This document shows, one piece after another, positions 1 through 7,943 of a stretch of 36,736 nucleotides of DNA. Source of the stretch: a virus. Taxonomy: Duplodnaviria; Caudoviricetes. The first letter of the stretch is position 1. Every line of letters begins with the position of its first letter. The position numbers were made by a program, and so were the translations under genes. The stretch is taken from positions 1-36,736 of IMG/VR virus record IMGVR_UViG_3300030376_003833; one strand, written 5' to 3'. The notes below the pieces were generated by a model. That model ran no database searches. It was not told the origin of the DNA and saw only the letters and a program-made list of their open reading frames with translations.

Positions 1-1094
1 ATGATGTTATTGATATTATCGCAGAAGAGGAGATAGAAGATGAGATACTTGAAGAGGATGTGGTGGTGGATGGATTTGAAGATTTGGAATATTCAGAGGA
101 AGATTTCGTTGAGGAACTTACAGAAGAAGAAATAGCTGCAATAGAAGCAGAGATAAAAGCTGAAGAAGAACGGCTGATTCAAGAACAAATAGAAGCAGAA
201 GAAGAAGCAGAAATACTATTAGAGTTAGAAGAATCTGTAATTGAATTAGAAGATTTATCTGAAGAAGAGATAGAAGAGTTTGTAGAGGTTATAAAAGAAA
301 TAGAAGAAAATATTGAGATTATAGAAATTGTAGAAGAAATAATAGAGTTAGATATACCGGAAGATATAATATTAATTATAGAGGAGGAGACACTTGAAGA
401 AGAAATTATTATTGATGAGACCAAACTTTTACCTGAGACTGATGAGGAAGTTTTGGATGAGCCAATACAGGAAGATGTTAAAGAAGAACCTGTAGATATT
501 ATAGAATCTATAACTGATATATTTAATGTAGAAGAAGTTGTAGAACTTACTGAAGAGGAACTACAAGTAGAAGTTGCAGAGATAGAAGAAGTTATTGTTG
601 TAGATATTCCTATTGCAACTGAAGAAGAGATAGAAGAATTTACTGAAGAGGAGTTAGTTGAATATGAAGAAGCAAAAGAAGAAGCTATACAAGAGTATGT
701 ACAAGAGCTTACCAATGAAGAAGCATCAGAAGTCTTAGAAGAAGTTAATGATGTTGGTGTACAGAACTTAGACCAGGTATCAGAGGAAGTCCAGGAAGTA
801 ATCCAGGCAGTAGTAGAGGAGGCAATAGAAGATGTTGAAGAGCTTACACAGGAGCAAGTTGAGGTTGTCGCTGATGTACTACAAGTTGAAACTGAAGATG
901 TTGCTATCGTTGCAGAAGCATTCCTAGAAAATCCAATAGAAACTTTTGTTGATTTAGATTTTGAAGAGATAAGCCTATCAACTATAGGCGATGATATGAC
1001 ATCTGACCAAAAAGAAAAAGCACAAGAAGTAGTTGTGCCAGTTATTTTGACTAGAATAGCAAGTATGGCTGCGTTTATATTTAGGAGAAGTTAA
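1..1094 (+). CDS. Extremely Glu/Asp-rich protein, 5'-truncated by the window edge, with a conserved-looking hydrophobic C-terminus
   Basis: The frame of ORF 60..1094 is open back to position 3 (GAT GTT ATT GAT...). It is very E/I/V-rich and ends IGDDMTSDQKEKAQEVVVPVILTRIASMAAFIFRRS, which resembles acidic late proteins I recall from aquatic actinophages. Confidence 0.8.
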   Translation, partial: DVIDIIAEEEIEDEILEEDVVVDGFEDLEYSEEDFVEELTEEEIAAIEAEIKAEEERLIQEQIEAEEEAEILLELEESVIELEDLSEEEIEEFVEVIKEIEENIEIIEIVEEIIELDIPEDIILIIEEETLEEEIIIDETKLLPETDEEVLDEPIQEDVKEEPVDIIESITDIFNVEEVVELTEEELQVEVAEIEEVIVVDIPIATEEEIEEFTEEELVEYEEAKEEAIQEYVQELTNEEASEVLEEVNDVGVQNLDQVSEEVQEVIQAVVEEAIEDVEELTQEQVEVVADVLQVETEDVAIVAEAFLENPIETFVDLDFEEISLSTIGDDMTSDQKEKAQEVVVPVILTRIASMAAFIFRRS

Positions 1095-1276
1095 TGATAA
1101 AGAAGTTATGGTCTTGGTTTGTAGAAGCTATTAAAGAGACTTTAAATCTTAGTTGGACTCTTGTTGGTTTAGTTATTGCTACCCTTACACTTACTGGTAG
1201 TGCGCAACAAATCACAGGTTTAGCTACTATAATAACATTAGCAGTATGGTTGTTAACCATAGGCTTTAGAAAATAA
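1094..1276 (+). CDS. Small membrane protein with two hydrophobic segments
   Basis: 60 aa with TAATG coupling to the upstream gene. Hydrophobic runs WTLVGLVIATLTL and ITGLATIITLAVWLLTIGF. Confidence 0.85.
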   Translation: MIKKLWSWFVEAIKETLNLSWTLVGLVIATLTLTGSAQQITGLATIITLAVWLLTIGFRK

Positions 1277-1288
1277 TAAGGAGATAAC

Positions 1289-1327
1289 ATGGATTGTTGT
1301 GGTGGTGGATGTTGTGGCGGCAAATAA
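1289..1327 (+). CDS. Putative 12-aa Cys/Gly micropeptide MDCCGGGCCGGK
   Basis: Translated by hand. AAGGAG ribosome-binding site at 1278-1283, directly upstream of ATG 1289. Confidence 0.5.
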   Translation: MDCCGGGCCGGK

Positions 1328-1415
1328 CTGCTACACATATACCGATAAGAATGATACACACATAAGTATATGTGATTGTAAGAATGGAGGAATAGGTGAA
1401 ACTCACAGTTGTTAG
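1314..1415 (+). CDS. Putative 33-aa Cys-containing peptide (VAANNCYTYTDKNDTHISICDCKNGGIGETHSC)
   Basis: Translated by hand. GTG start preceded by GGTGG. Fills the gap to the next gene and overlaps its start. Confidence 0.4.
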   Translation: MAANNCYTYTDKNDTHISICDCKNGGIGETHSC

Positions 1416-1986
1416 AACTCAATTTGGAACAGATGCAACTAATGGAATATTGTTAGTTGATGGGGTGTTTGAAAATTATACCCTAGAAGACCAATACCAA
1501 GCAGTAAAAGTTATGCACGAAACTTGCATACCTGAAGGAACATACAATATAAAGTTTAGAACTGTTGGTGGTTTTCATACTAAATATAAAGAAAGATATG
1601 GCAATGCACATTATGGTATGTTGCATTTACAAGATGTACCTAACTTTACATACATACTTATACACGCAGGTAACACCGATGAGCATACCTCGGGTTGTCT
1701 CATTGTCGGGGAAACTCAACAAGATTTAGACATAAGTGATGATGGGTTCATCGGACACTCAGGTAAGGCGTACTCAAAACTTTATAACAAAGTGGCAAAA
1801 GAGTTGTTACTTGGTAAAGAAGTAACTATAGAGTACACAACTATAACTAAGTTATTACAAAAACCTGCCTCAAATGCTTCAACAGATGATGTAATACTAA
1901 CGAGAACAGTTATGGAAAAGTTAGAAGAAATCAATGGTGGTGTTATAAAGACACAAGCAATGTTAAGAGGGAGAATAATAAGATAA
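1396..1986 (+). CDS. DUF5675-like protein, putative endolysin (L,D-transpeptidase-like H...GC motif)
   Basis: Motifs YTLED, ETCIPEGTY and VPNFTYILIHAGNTDEHTSGCLIVG. GGAGG RBS. Lies directly upstream of a holin. Confidence 0.75.
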   Translation: MKLTVVRTQFGTDATNGILLVDGVFENYTLEDQYQAVKVMHETCIPEGTYNIKFRTVGGFHTKYKERYGNAHYGMLHLQDVPNFTYILIHAGNTDEHTSGCLIVGETQQDLDISDDGFIGHSGKAYSKLYNKVAKELLLGKEVTIEYTTITKLLQKPASNASTDDVILTRTVMEKLEEINGGVIKTQAMLRGRIIR

Positions 1987-2297
1987 TGTTTGGATTTGTA
2001 AAATCAAAAAGAGCAAGAAACCAAGACGGCACATTCAAGAAGGATGTGAGGTGGACACCTTGGTCCGAAACATGGGAGTATAAAATGAGTGAAGAACTCA
2101 AAGATATGCTTGAGCGTGTACTTTGGACATTTGTGGAAGCCTTTATCGGAGCGTTAACAGTCGCACCGTTAGTAGGAATTGACGCGGAGATTGTCCAATT
2201 AGCTGCCCTCTCAGGTGGTGCTGCTGCACTCGCTGTTGTAAAAACTTATGCCAAAAAACAAATTGGTGGCGGTTCACAACAATCAGTAAGCAAGTAG
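1986..2297 (+). CDS. Holin, r1t-like, with an N-terminal basic extension; a second start is possible at 2085
   Basis: KDMLERVLWTFVEAFIGAL...LAALSGGAAALAVVKTYA is an r1t-holin-like pattern with two hydrophobic helices. GGAG precedes the internal ATG at 2085. Confidence 0.75.
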   Translation: MFGFVKSKRARNQDGTFKKDVRWTPWSETWEYKMSEELKDMLERVLWTFVEAFIGALTVAPLVGIDAEIVQLAALSGGAAALAVVKTYAKKQIGGGSQQSVSK

Positions 2298-2304
2298 TTC
2301 TATG

Positions 2305-2344
2305 GCAAAGCCGAGGGTGTTATCCTTTCTACCTCGGCTCTTGC
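2305..2344. terminator. Hairpin between convergent genes, probable bidirectional terminator
   Basis: AGCCGAGG (2309-2316) pairs with CCTCGGCT (2332-2339), extended by GCAA/TTGC. Confidence 0.7.
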
Positions 2345-2353
2345 TACTTTAAT

Positions 2354-2494
2354 TTAAATATCGTATGTATCTTCTGAACCATACATAGCGTCATCTGCAC
2401 ACTCTTTACAAAGACCATATTGTTTTCTATCAGCAGTTGTTAATTTAGCTACTGCAATACTTCCACAAATTTCACAAGGCTTTAAAGCTAAAAT
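2354..2494 (-). CDS. 46-aa CxxC...CxxC zinc-binding protein, apparently with a non-canonical ATT start
   Basis: Hand translation ILALKPCEICGSIAVAKLTTADRKQYGLCKECADDAMYGSEDTYDI. AAGGAG lies 7 nt upstream of ATT. An in-frame TGA just upstream leaves no ATG/GTG/TTG before the first CxxC. Confidence 0.55.
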   Translation of the reverse strand: MLALKPCEICGSIAVAKLTTADRKQYGLCKECADDAMYGSEDTYDI

Positions 2495-3285
2495 GGTGCT
2501 TCTCCTTCTTCAATGTCATCTAATGTACGTGCCTTTGGTGGTGTTATACCTTTTTCTTCTAAGGCAACTGTAGTTAAATTATCGTATGCTTCTTTATATC
2601 CTGGAGGTAAAAACTTAGCGTCTTTATACCATGACTTAGAATATGTCATACTTCCTTTTTGTTCACCATTTAAACACTTACCTCCTGCAGTACATCTAAA
2701 GTCAGCAGACCTTGGATTCTTTTTGTCTTCAGGCATAAATATTTTTACCGGTGAATAGCAAGGCTTTGGACAAAACAATACATTTGAATCAGAGTTAGTC
2801 GTAGCTGTTTTGGAAGGAGCTGTTGACTCTTCAACTACGACTTGACTCTGTTGTTCAATGACTGTGGTGTTACCGTGTGATGGCGATGTATCAAATTCTT
2901 CTTCTGTTACATCTCCTGACCACAGTTCTACACCTAGCCCAAATCTCATACAAGCTCTTTTAAATGCGTCTGATTCAGCGTCCTTCAACAAAGACCCATC
3001 GTTTATGTTTTTGTTATCTAGTTTGAATGTGTCAACATCTCCTATGCCATCATAGGTATCTGTTCCTAATTTAATGGTGCCTTTAGCACCAACGATTCTT
3101 TTTTCACCATTGTGTGTTCCATAGATTGGTTCACAGTTCCATGAGTATGGTATACCACTGTCACGTAGTCTTTCAACATACCTACTGTGTGAAACGTATT
3201 TACCAAACTTACCCTTTGGAGCGTCTTTAACAAGCTCCTTTGGAAATGGTTTTAATAATTTTTTTAGACTGTCTTCATAAGACAT
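2488..3285 (-). CDS. Rad52/Rad22 (Sak-like) single-strand annealing protein with a C-terminal Cys-rich domain and acidic ...APF tail
   Basis: Motifs LLKPFP, YVSHSRYVERL and KDAESDAFKRACMRFGLGVELW. AGGAG RBS. Confidence 0.85.
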   Translation of the reverse strand: MSYEDSLKKLLKPFPKELVKDAPKGKFGKYVSHSRYVERLRDSGIPYSWNCEPIYGTHNGEKRIVGAKGTIKLGTDTYDGIGDVDTFKLDNKNINDGSLLKDAESDAFKRACMRFGLGVELWSGDVTEEEFDTSPSHGNTTVIEQQSQVVVEESTAPSKTATTNSDSNVLFCPKPCYSPVKIFMPEDKKNPRSADFRCTAGGKCLNGEQKGSMTYSKSWYKDAKFLPPGYKEAYDNLTTVALEEKGITPPKARTLDDIEEGEAPF

Positions 3286-3419
3286 ATATCTCCTTCCTAA
3301 ATTATTTATATTCTAATATCTTAATAATTGTATGTGTCATTTTTAATTAAAAATTTTATTACTTTTAAATCAGTCATACATTTCCTGTATACTAACAGCA
3401 ACAGAGCAAAGGAGGTATT
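3286..3419. promoter_or_regulatory. AT-rich divergent promoter region
   Basis: Lies between divergently oriented genes. TATACT -10 at 3388-3393 on + and an AAAGGAGG RBS before ATG 3420. Confidence 0.5.
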
Positions 3420-4589
3420 ATGCCTAATGTGCCTGAAGAATGGGGTAATAACTTTTACAAGTCAGGGTGGCAACCTGGGTTAGAAGTAAACGAACAAACA
3501 GGTATAGGGGAAATCACACACGTTGGTACAGACCCAAACTACAGAAACAAGTATGATTCGATATTAAAAGAATGGGGGTTCAATCCCGAACATTACGAGA
3601 TAGAAGGTTCGGTTCGCGCATCTTCATGGCAAGTTCAACTGAAAGGTGGGAGAACTGAAACATTCTTTGCGTTCAAAGGTGTAGTTAAAAAGAAAAAACC
3701 AGGACACGATAAATACTTTCAGCAATTATTTAAACAAGCAAAAAGAAAACCACCATTAAAAAATAAAACATTGGGTGGAGATACAGCTTTTTTATTTTTC
3801 ATGGCAGACTGGCAACTTGGAAAAAAAGATTATGGTGTAGAAAATACTATTAAAAGATATGACATAGCTTTACAGGACGCTGTGAATAGGATTAAAGAAC
3901 TTCGTAAGATAGGTGTACAGATAGATGAAATCCACATGATAGGTTTAGGTGACCTCACTGAGAATTGTTATGGATTTTATGACAGTCAACCTTTTAATAT
4001 TGAACTAACGTTGATAGAACAATATGCGTTAGCTAGGTCAATGATGATGAAAACAGTAGATACCTTTTTACCACATGCAGATAAGTTAGTATTGGCAGGT
4101 GCGCCAGGGAATCATGGGGAAGCTGCACGTTCACAAAAGGGTCAAGTGGTTACAAATAGATTAGATAATACAGATACCATGCACTTAGAGATATGTGGTG
4201 AGATTATGAAAGCTAATCCTGAAAGATACAAGAAAGTATCTGTAGAAGTTCCTGATGGTTTTCATCAGGTAATGGATATCAAAGGTATTACATGTGGATG
4301 GACACATGGTCACATGACTTCAGGAGGTGGAAGCAATCCTGAAACTAAGATAGAGAATTGGTGGAAGGGTCAGATGTATGGGTTTTTGCCTGCAGGTCAA
4401 TGTCAGATTCTCATTACAGGTCACTATCATCATTTTAGAAGTAAACAACAAGGTGATAGAACATGGTTTCAATCTCCTAGCTTGGATAAGTCTATAGACT
4501 TTACAGCTAGAAGTGGTCTATGGTCTCACCCAGGTGTACTTACTTTTACTGTAAATAAAAAAGGGTGGGATAATTTAAAGATATTGTAA
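3420..4589 (+). CDS. Calcineurin-like metallophosphoesterase (Mre11/DNA-pol-small-subunit-like phosphoesterase fold)
   Basis: Ordered motifs ADWQLG, GLGDLTE, PGNHGE, THGH and GHYHH. Confidence 0.85.
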   Translation: MPNVPEEWGNNFYKSGWQPGLEVNEQTGIGEITHVGTDPNYRNKYDSILKEWGFNPEHYEIEGSVRASSWQVQLKGGRTETFFAFKGVVKKKKPGHDKYFQQLFKQAKRKPPLKNKTLGGDTAFLFFMADWQLGKKDYGVENTIKRYDIALQDAVNRIKELRKIGVQIDEIHMIGLGDLTENCYGFYDSQPFNIELTLIEQYALARSMMMKTVDTFLPHADKLVLAGAPGNHGEAARSQKGQVVTNRLDNTDTMHLEICGEIMKANPERYKKVSVEVPDGFHQVMDIKGITCGWTHGHMTSGGGSNPETKIENWWKGQMYGFLPAGQCQILITGHYHHFRSKQQGDRTWFQSPSLDKSIDFTARSGLWSHPGVLTFTVNKKGWDNLKIL

Positions 4590-4596
4590 CAACGGT

Positions 4597-4953
4597 TCAT
4601 GAAGTTTGTTCTGATAACCAACTTATGTCACCACCTGTAAACTGTTCAACAAACCACAACATTATAGAGTACTCTGTTTCAGTCATGTTACTACTACTTA
4701 TTGTCATAGGAGATGACCACCAAGCGTATTTAAATCTTATGTTAGATATGTAACCATCGTCATCATCAAACAATATCCAGTACGCAGGACCGCCACCTGC
4801 AAGTTGTAATTCATAAGTAACCTTTTTACTTATTGAATATACTCTATTGTCTAGCTCCTCATACAAGTCATCATCTTGCTCTCTCTTTTGCATTCCTGCA
4901 AAGTCCTCAATCAAAGACTCAAACGTCTTACGTGCTTCTTCTTTTACGTCCAT
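4597..4953 (-). CDS. Hypothetical acidic protein with an LAGGGP motif
   Basis: 118-aa ORF with strong RBS AAAGGAGGAG. Confidence 0.8.
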   Translation of the reverse strand: MDVKEEARKTFESLIEDFAGMQKREQDDDLYEELDNRVYSISKKVTYELQLAGGGPAYWILFDDDDGYISNIRFKYAWWSSPMTISSSNMTETEYSIMLWFVEQFTGGDISWLSEQTS

Positions 4954-4965
4954 TACTCCTCCTTT

Positions 4966-5313
4966 CTATGCTGTGTTAGGTGCTAACATACCTATTTGTT
5001 TGTATGCTGTATCAGCTAACGAATAAAATATCATTTTTTGAAATTCATATTGTTCATAGATTTGTAGACCTAATTCTTCCATATAAAAATCAAGTTTCTC
5101 TTTTATTTCTTCGTTAGTTTTACCCTCTTTCTTTAGTCTTTGTGCCTCTAGTATTGCATTTTCTCCCCAATCCATAATCTTTTGCGTTGCAATTGGATTG
5201 ATTGGTCTTGAGTTTTCAGAACGCTTAGTGTTCTCCTTGCTGTAAACAATACCAGTTTCTACTAGATACCGTAAAGTATCTGCTCTTAGTCCTTTTATTA
5301 AATTGTGACTCAT
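4966..5313 (-). CDS. Hypothetical protein
   Basis: 115-aa ORF, GGAGGAGG RBS, TAATG coupling. Confidence 0.8.
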   Translation of the reverse strand: MSHNLIKGLRADTLRYLVETGIVYSKENTKRSENSRPINPIATQKIMDWGENAILEAQRLKKEGKTNEEIKEKLDFYMEELGLQIYEQYEFQKMIFYSLADTAYKQIGMLAPNTA

Positions 5314-5804
5314 TACTCCTCCTCCATTAGTATTTTCTTTATTGCATCTTCAACATCTTGCTCGAGTTGAACTTTGTCTAGCTCTATCGAATCTATGTTG
5401 TCGAACTCTTTTGCTTCAGGTACATCATCAAGTGATAAGTACACGTTCATTGGTATGTCAATACAGAAGTCCTCTTCTGCAACCATGTGTGTCACACCTG
5501 TTACCCTGTCTTTCAACATAGCAATCCAATACGTACGCATGTACGCAGCAATCGGCTTGTTAGCTCGATAGAACTTTGGTATTGCTATGCTCATCACGAT
5601 AGGTACTTCATCTGATATGGAATACCAACGCATGTTTCTTTCTAGTTTGTCAAGCTCTGAGTGTGGTAACTCGTGCAGAAACCAAGCAGGGTGAACGTTC
5701 TTGTCATACTTCATTACAAGTGATGTATCGTTCAACGCCTGGAGTTGTGCAAGAGTAACAGCAATGTATCTCGGCTTGTATATGTCTACGGCACTATCCG
5801 TCAT
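5313..5804 (-). CDS. Hypothetical protein
   Basis: 163-aa ORF, AGAAAGGA RBS, overlaps the upstream stop. Confidence 0.8.
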   Translation of the reverse strand: MTDSAVDIYKPRYIAVTLAQLQALNDTSLVMKYDKNVHPAWFLHELPHSELDKLERNMRWYSISDEVPIVMSIAIPKFYRANKPIAAYMRTYWIAMLKDRVTGVTHMVAEEDFCIDIPMNVYLSLDDVPEAKEFDNIDSIELDKVQLEQDVEDAIKKILMEEE

Positions 5805-6015
5805 AAAATCCTTTCTGACTTATCTGCTCTAGTATGTAGATAAGTTCTGTTTTGTTTTTTGGATACACTTCAAAGATTTCGTCTTCACCAGTAATGTGTC
5901 CTGATGATTGCCATGTCTCTCGTAAACTTTGTAAATAAGTTTTACTTATGTGAAAAATTGAGTGTGTACTATCATCTTCTTCATAAGTAAGACAATATAC
6001 TTTTAATCTTTCCAT
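5794..6015 (-). CDS. Hypothetical protein
   Basis: 73-aa ORF, GAAAGGA RBS. Confidence 0.75.
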   Translation of the reverse strand: MERLKVYCLTYEEDDSTHSIFHISKTYLQSLRETWQSSGHITGEDEIFEVYPKNKTELIYILEQISQKGFYDG

Positions 6016-6016
6016 T

Positions 6017-6181
6017 TTAAATCCTTTCGTACATTTCTATGAGATGACGTTCTGCTGTGTCTAACTTCATAACTTCATCACAATAATTACCACTTACATT
6101 TTTATCTAAAGCATGTTCAAAAAAATCTGCAAATACTTCTTCAATGATAAATTTAATATCTTCTTTAGTTAACCTTTCCAT
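6017..6181 (-). CDS. Hypothetical protein, start re-assigned to MERLTKE at 6181
   Basis: The track ORF 6017..6286 overlaps the upstream gene by ~90 nt. ATG 6181 removes this overlap. Confidence 0.65.
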   Translation of the reverse strand: MERLTKEDIKFIIEEVFADFFEHALDKNVSGNYCDEVMKLDTAERHLIEMYERI

Positions 6182-6194
6182 TGTTTTTCTTTCA

Positions 6195-6473
6195 TTAGTC
6201 GTAGTACATCCATGTAGGATGTTGTTGTTGAAACGTACCACCATATTCTGCTGTGTGAGTATCAAAGTCTCTGTTTGGGTGGTCATCAGATAACTCAGTT
6301 AACTCTCCTAAGTTTTCTGTGATTGACCAACCACACTCAATCAAACGTATTTGGTGCATGTTGCTACCACCGTTTTCTGTATACTCAGTAATCAACTCAC
6401 GTGCTTCATCATGGTCTTGTGCTTCTACAAAGACTTCGCTTCTTTGCTCATACTCTAATTTGTATAACGGCAT
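6195..6473 (-). CDS. Hypothetical acidic protein
   Basis: 92 aa, AGGAG RBS, contains VEAQDHDEARE. Confidence 0.75.
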   Translation of the reverse strand: MPLYKLEYEQRSEVFVEAQDHDEARELITEYTENGGSNMHQIRLIECGWSITENLGELTELSDDHPNRDFDTHTAEYGGTFQQQHPTWMYYD

Positions 6474-6631
6474 TACGTACTCCTATCTACTATTAGTTTT
6501 AATTTATTGATTAGTTCTTCTTTGTCTGACTCTTGTGCATCAAGCCAATCAATCTCTTCGGCTATACAGTCGAACAAATTTCTGCTTATGGTTTCACCAC
6601 GTGTGTGTTTAAAACCAAGTTGCAAGTTCAT
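6473..6631 (-). CDS. Hypothetical 52-aa protein, not in the ORF track
   Basis: MNLQLGFKHTRGETISRNLFDCIAEEIDWLDAQESDKEELINKLKLIVDRST. GGAGG RBS, with ATGA and TAATG coupling at its two ends. Confidence 0.75.
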   Translation of the reverse strand: MNLQLGFKHTRGETISRNLFDCIAEEIDWLDAQESDKEELINKLKLIVDRST

Positions 6632-6939
6632 TCTTCCTCCTCTCGTATGGAATCTTTATAAACGGATTCTTGATAATCAAATGGTGGCTCTGTTATTTCA
6701 TGTAACTGCATTGACCTGACTAGACAATCTGTTGAACAGAAAAATCCAAAGTCATACTCAACTTCACAGTAACCTGTGTCAACATCTTCGTTGACAAACA
6801 TATACACCATGTCAGCTCGATTACGAATACTGTTATTACATTGGTGACACTCCTCCATAGAAAAACCTGCATCATGTAAACGTTGCGAGTAACCCCAGGT
6901 GTACCTGATAACAGTATCGAAACTAGTTGTTGAATACAT
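6628..6939 (-). CDS. Zinc-finger-like protein (CxxC...FCSxxC, TRASH/MYM-like pattern)
   Basis: ECHQC and FFCSTDC motifs, GAGGA RBS. Confidence 0.7.
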   Translation of the reverse strand: MYSTTSFDTVIRYTWGYSQRLHDAGFSMEECHQCNNSIRNRADMVYMFVNEDVDTGYCEVEYDFGFFCSTDCLVRSMQLHEITEPPFDYQESVYKDSIREEEE

Positions 6940-7162
6940 TACATTCCTCTGTGAGTAACTCGTAAGTCATGGCGGGTTGAAATGATATCGGTGGTGGTGT
7001 ATTGTCCACAAGTTTCCTAACCATAGGCTCACCAAACACGAGGTCAAGAAAATCAAACTCCACTAGATTTCTCATCTCGTAGTCACGTACTGTATCTACT
7101 ACTTCGGCATTAGTTCCTTCCATGTCAAAGTAGACTTCCATTTTTATTCTATACATAAGCAT
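6923..7162 (-). CDS. Hypothetical protein
   Basis: 79 aa, AGAAAGGA RBS. The true start may be the ATG at 7156. Confidence 0.7.
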   Translation of the reverse strand: MLMYRIKMEVYFDMEGTNAEVVDTVRDYEMRNLVEFDFLDLVFGEPMVRKLVDNTPPPISFQPAMTYELLTEECNVFNN

Positions 7163-7167
7163 CCTTT

Positions 7168-7461
7168 CTAACTGTTGGCGTAGTCCACCATATAAACATT
7201 CGCCATTGCTTTTGCTACTTGATTAAAATAAAATTCAAATTCATCTGATGGTCTGTTGTAAAAATCCATTTTGACAACATCATCTTTTACTCTTGTTTGT
7301 ATTGCTTTATCAGCAGTAAACAAAAACTCCATGATATCTGACATCATGTAGTGCATTTGTCCTCGCTCTCCGTTGACATCAAAGTCAACTACGAACAAGT
7401 CGTCCTCATCAATTTTATTTGTTTCATCAACAAATGCTTTTAACCAATTTGTGAACGTCAT
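7168..7461 (-). CDS. Hypothetical acidic protein
   Basis: 97 aa, GAGGAGG RBS, TAATG coupling. Confidence 0.8.
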   Translation of the reverse strand: MTFTNWLKAFVDETNKIDEDDLFVVDFDVNGERGQMHYMMSDIMEFLFTADKAIQTRVKDDVVKMDFYNRPSDEFEFYFNQVAKAMANVYMVDYANS

Positions 7462-7706
7462 TATTCCTCCTCAGGTGGTTCTGTTTTAAACACCTTGTCT
7501 GTTTGAAAGTGTTTGTTTATTTCATCTAACAGTTCAGACATTCTGTCAATAAATCCTGCGAACTCAACTGTATCTTTGAATGCAACATTTATTAAGTCAC
7601 CTCTTTGACCACTTATATTTAGATAGACATTGTCTGATAAGTCTTTCATAACTTCGGGTGTTACCCATGAGCTACGATACTTATCGTAATCAGCTTGTAT
7701 AAACAT
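7461..7706 (-). CDS. Hypothetical protein
   Basis: 81 aa, GAGGAG RBS. Confidence 0.8.
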   Translation of the reverse strand: MFIQADYDKYRSSWVTPEVMKDLSDNVYLNISGQRGDLINVAFKDTVEFAGFIDRMSELLDEINKHFQTDKVFKTEPPEEE

Positions 7707-7708
7707 AT

Positions 7709-7924
7709 TTACTCCTCTTCTGCTAAAACGCTAACTTCATTGAGACGTGTCTTGATTGCTTTTAACAATGCACGATTTTCTCTACCTCTGCCCATGACTG
7801 AATCCGCGATAGTGGTATCAGCTTGTATAAGCAAAGCCATGTCTCTGTACACACGATTTGCAGTTTCTCGCATTTCATGATACTCAACATACCTTGATTT
7901 TTTGTTTGTTATTTTTGTATCCAT
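7709..7924 (-). CDS. Hypothetical helical protein, start re-assigned to MDTKITN at 7924
   Basis: GGAGGTGA RBS directly upstream of ATG 7924. The longer track start (7996) lies inside the first hairpin of the array. Confidence 0.75.
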   Translation of the reverse strand: MDTKITNKKSRYVEYHEMRETANRVYRDMALLIQADTTIADSVMGRGRENRALLKAIKTRLNEVSVLAEEE

Positions 7925-7943
7925 ATTCACCTCCACATTTGTA

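Noticed and set aside
179-715. Ser-rich antisense ORF, and the similar minus-strand ORFs across 13.7-34.6 kb
   Set aside because: These are shadow frames of the real plus-strand genes and have no RBS.
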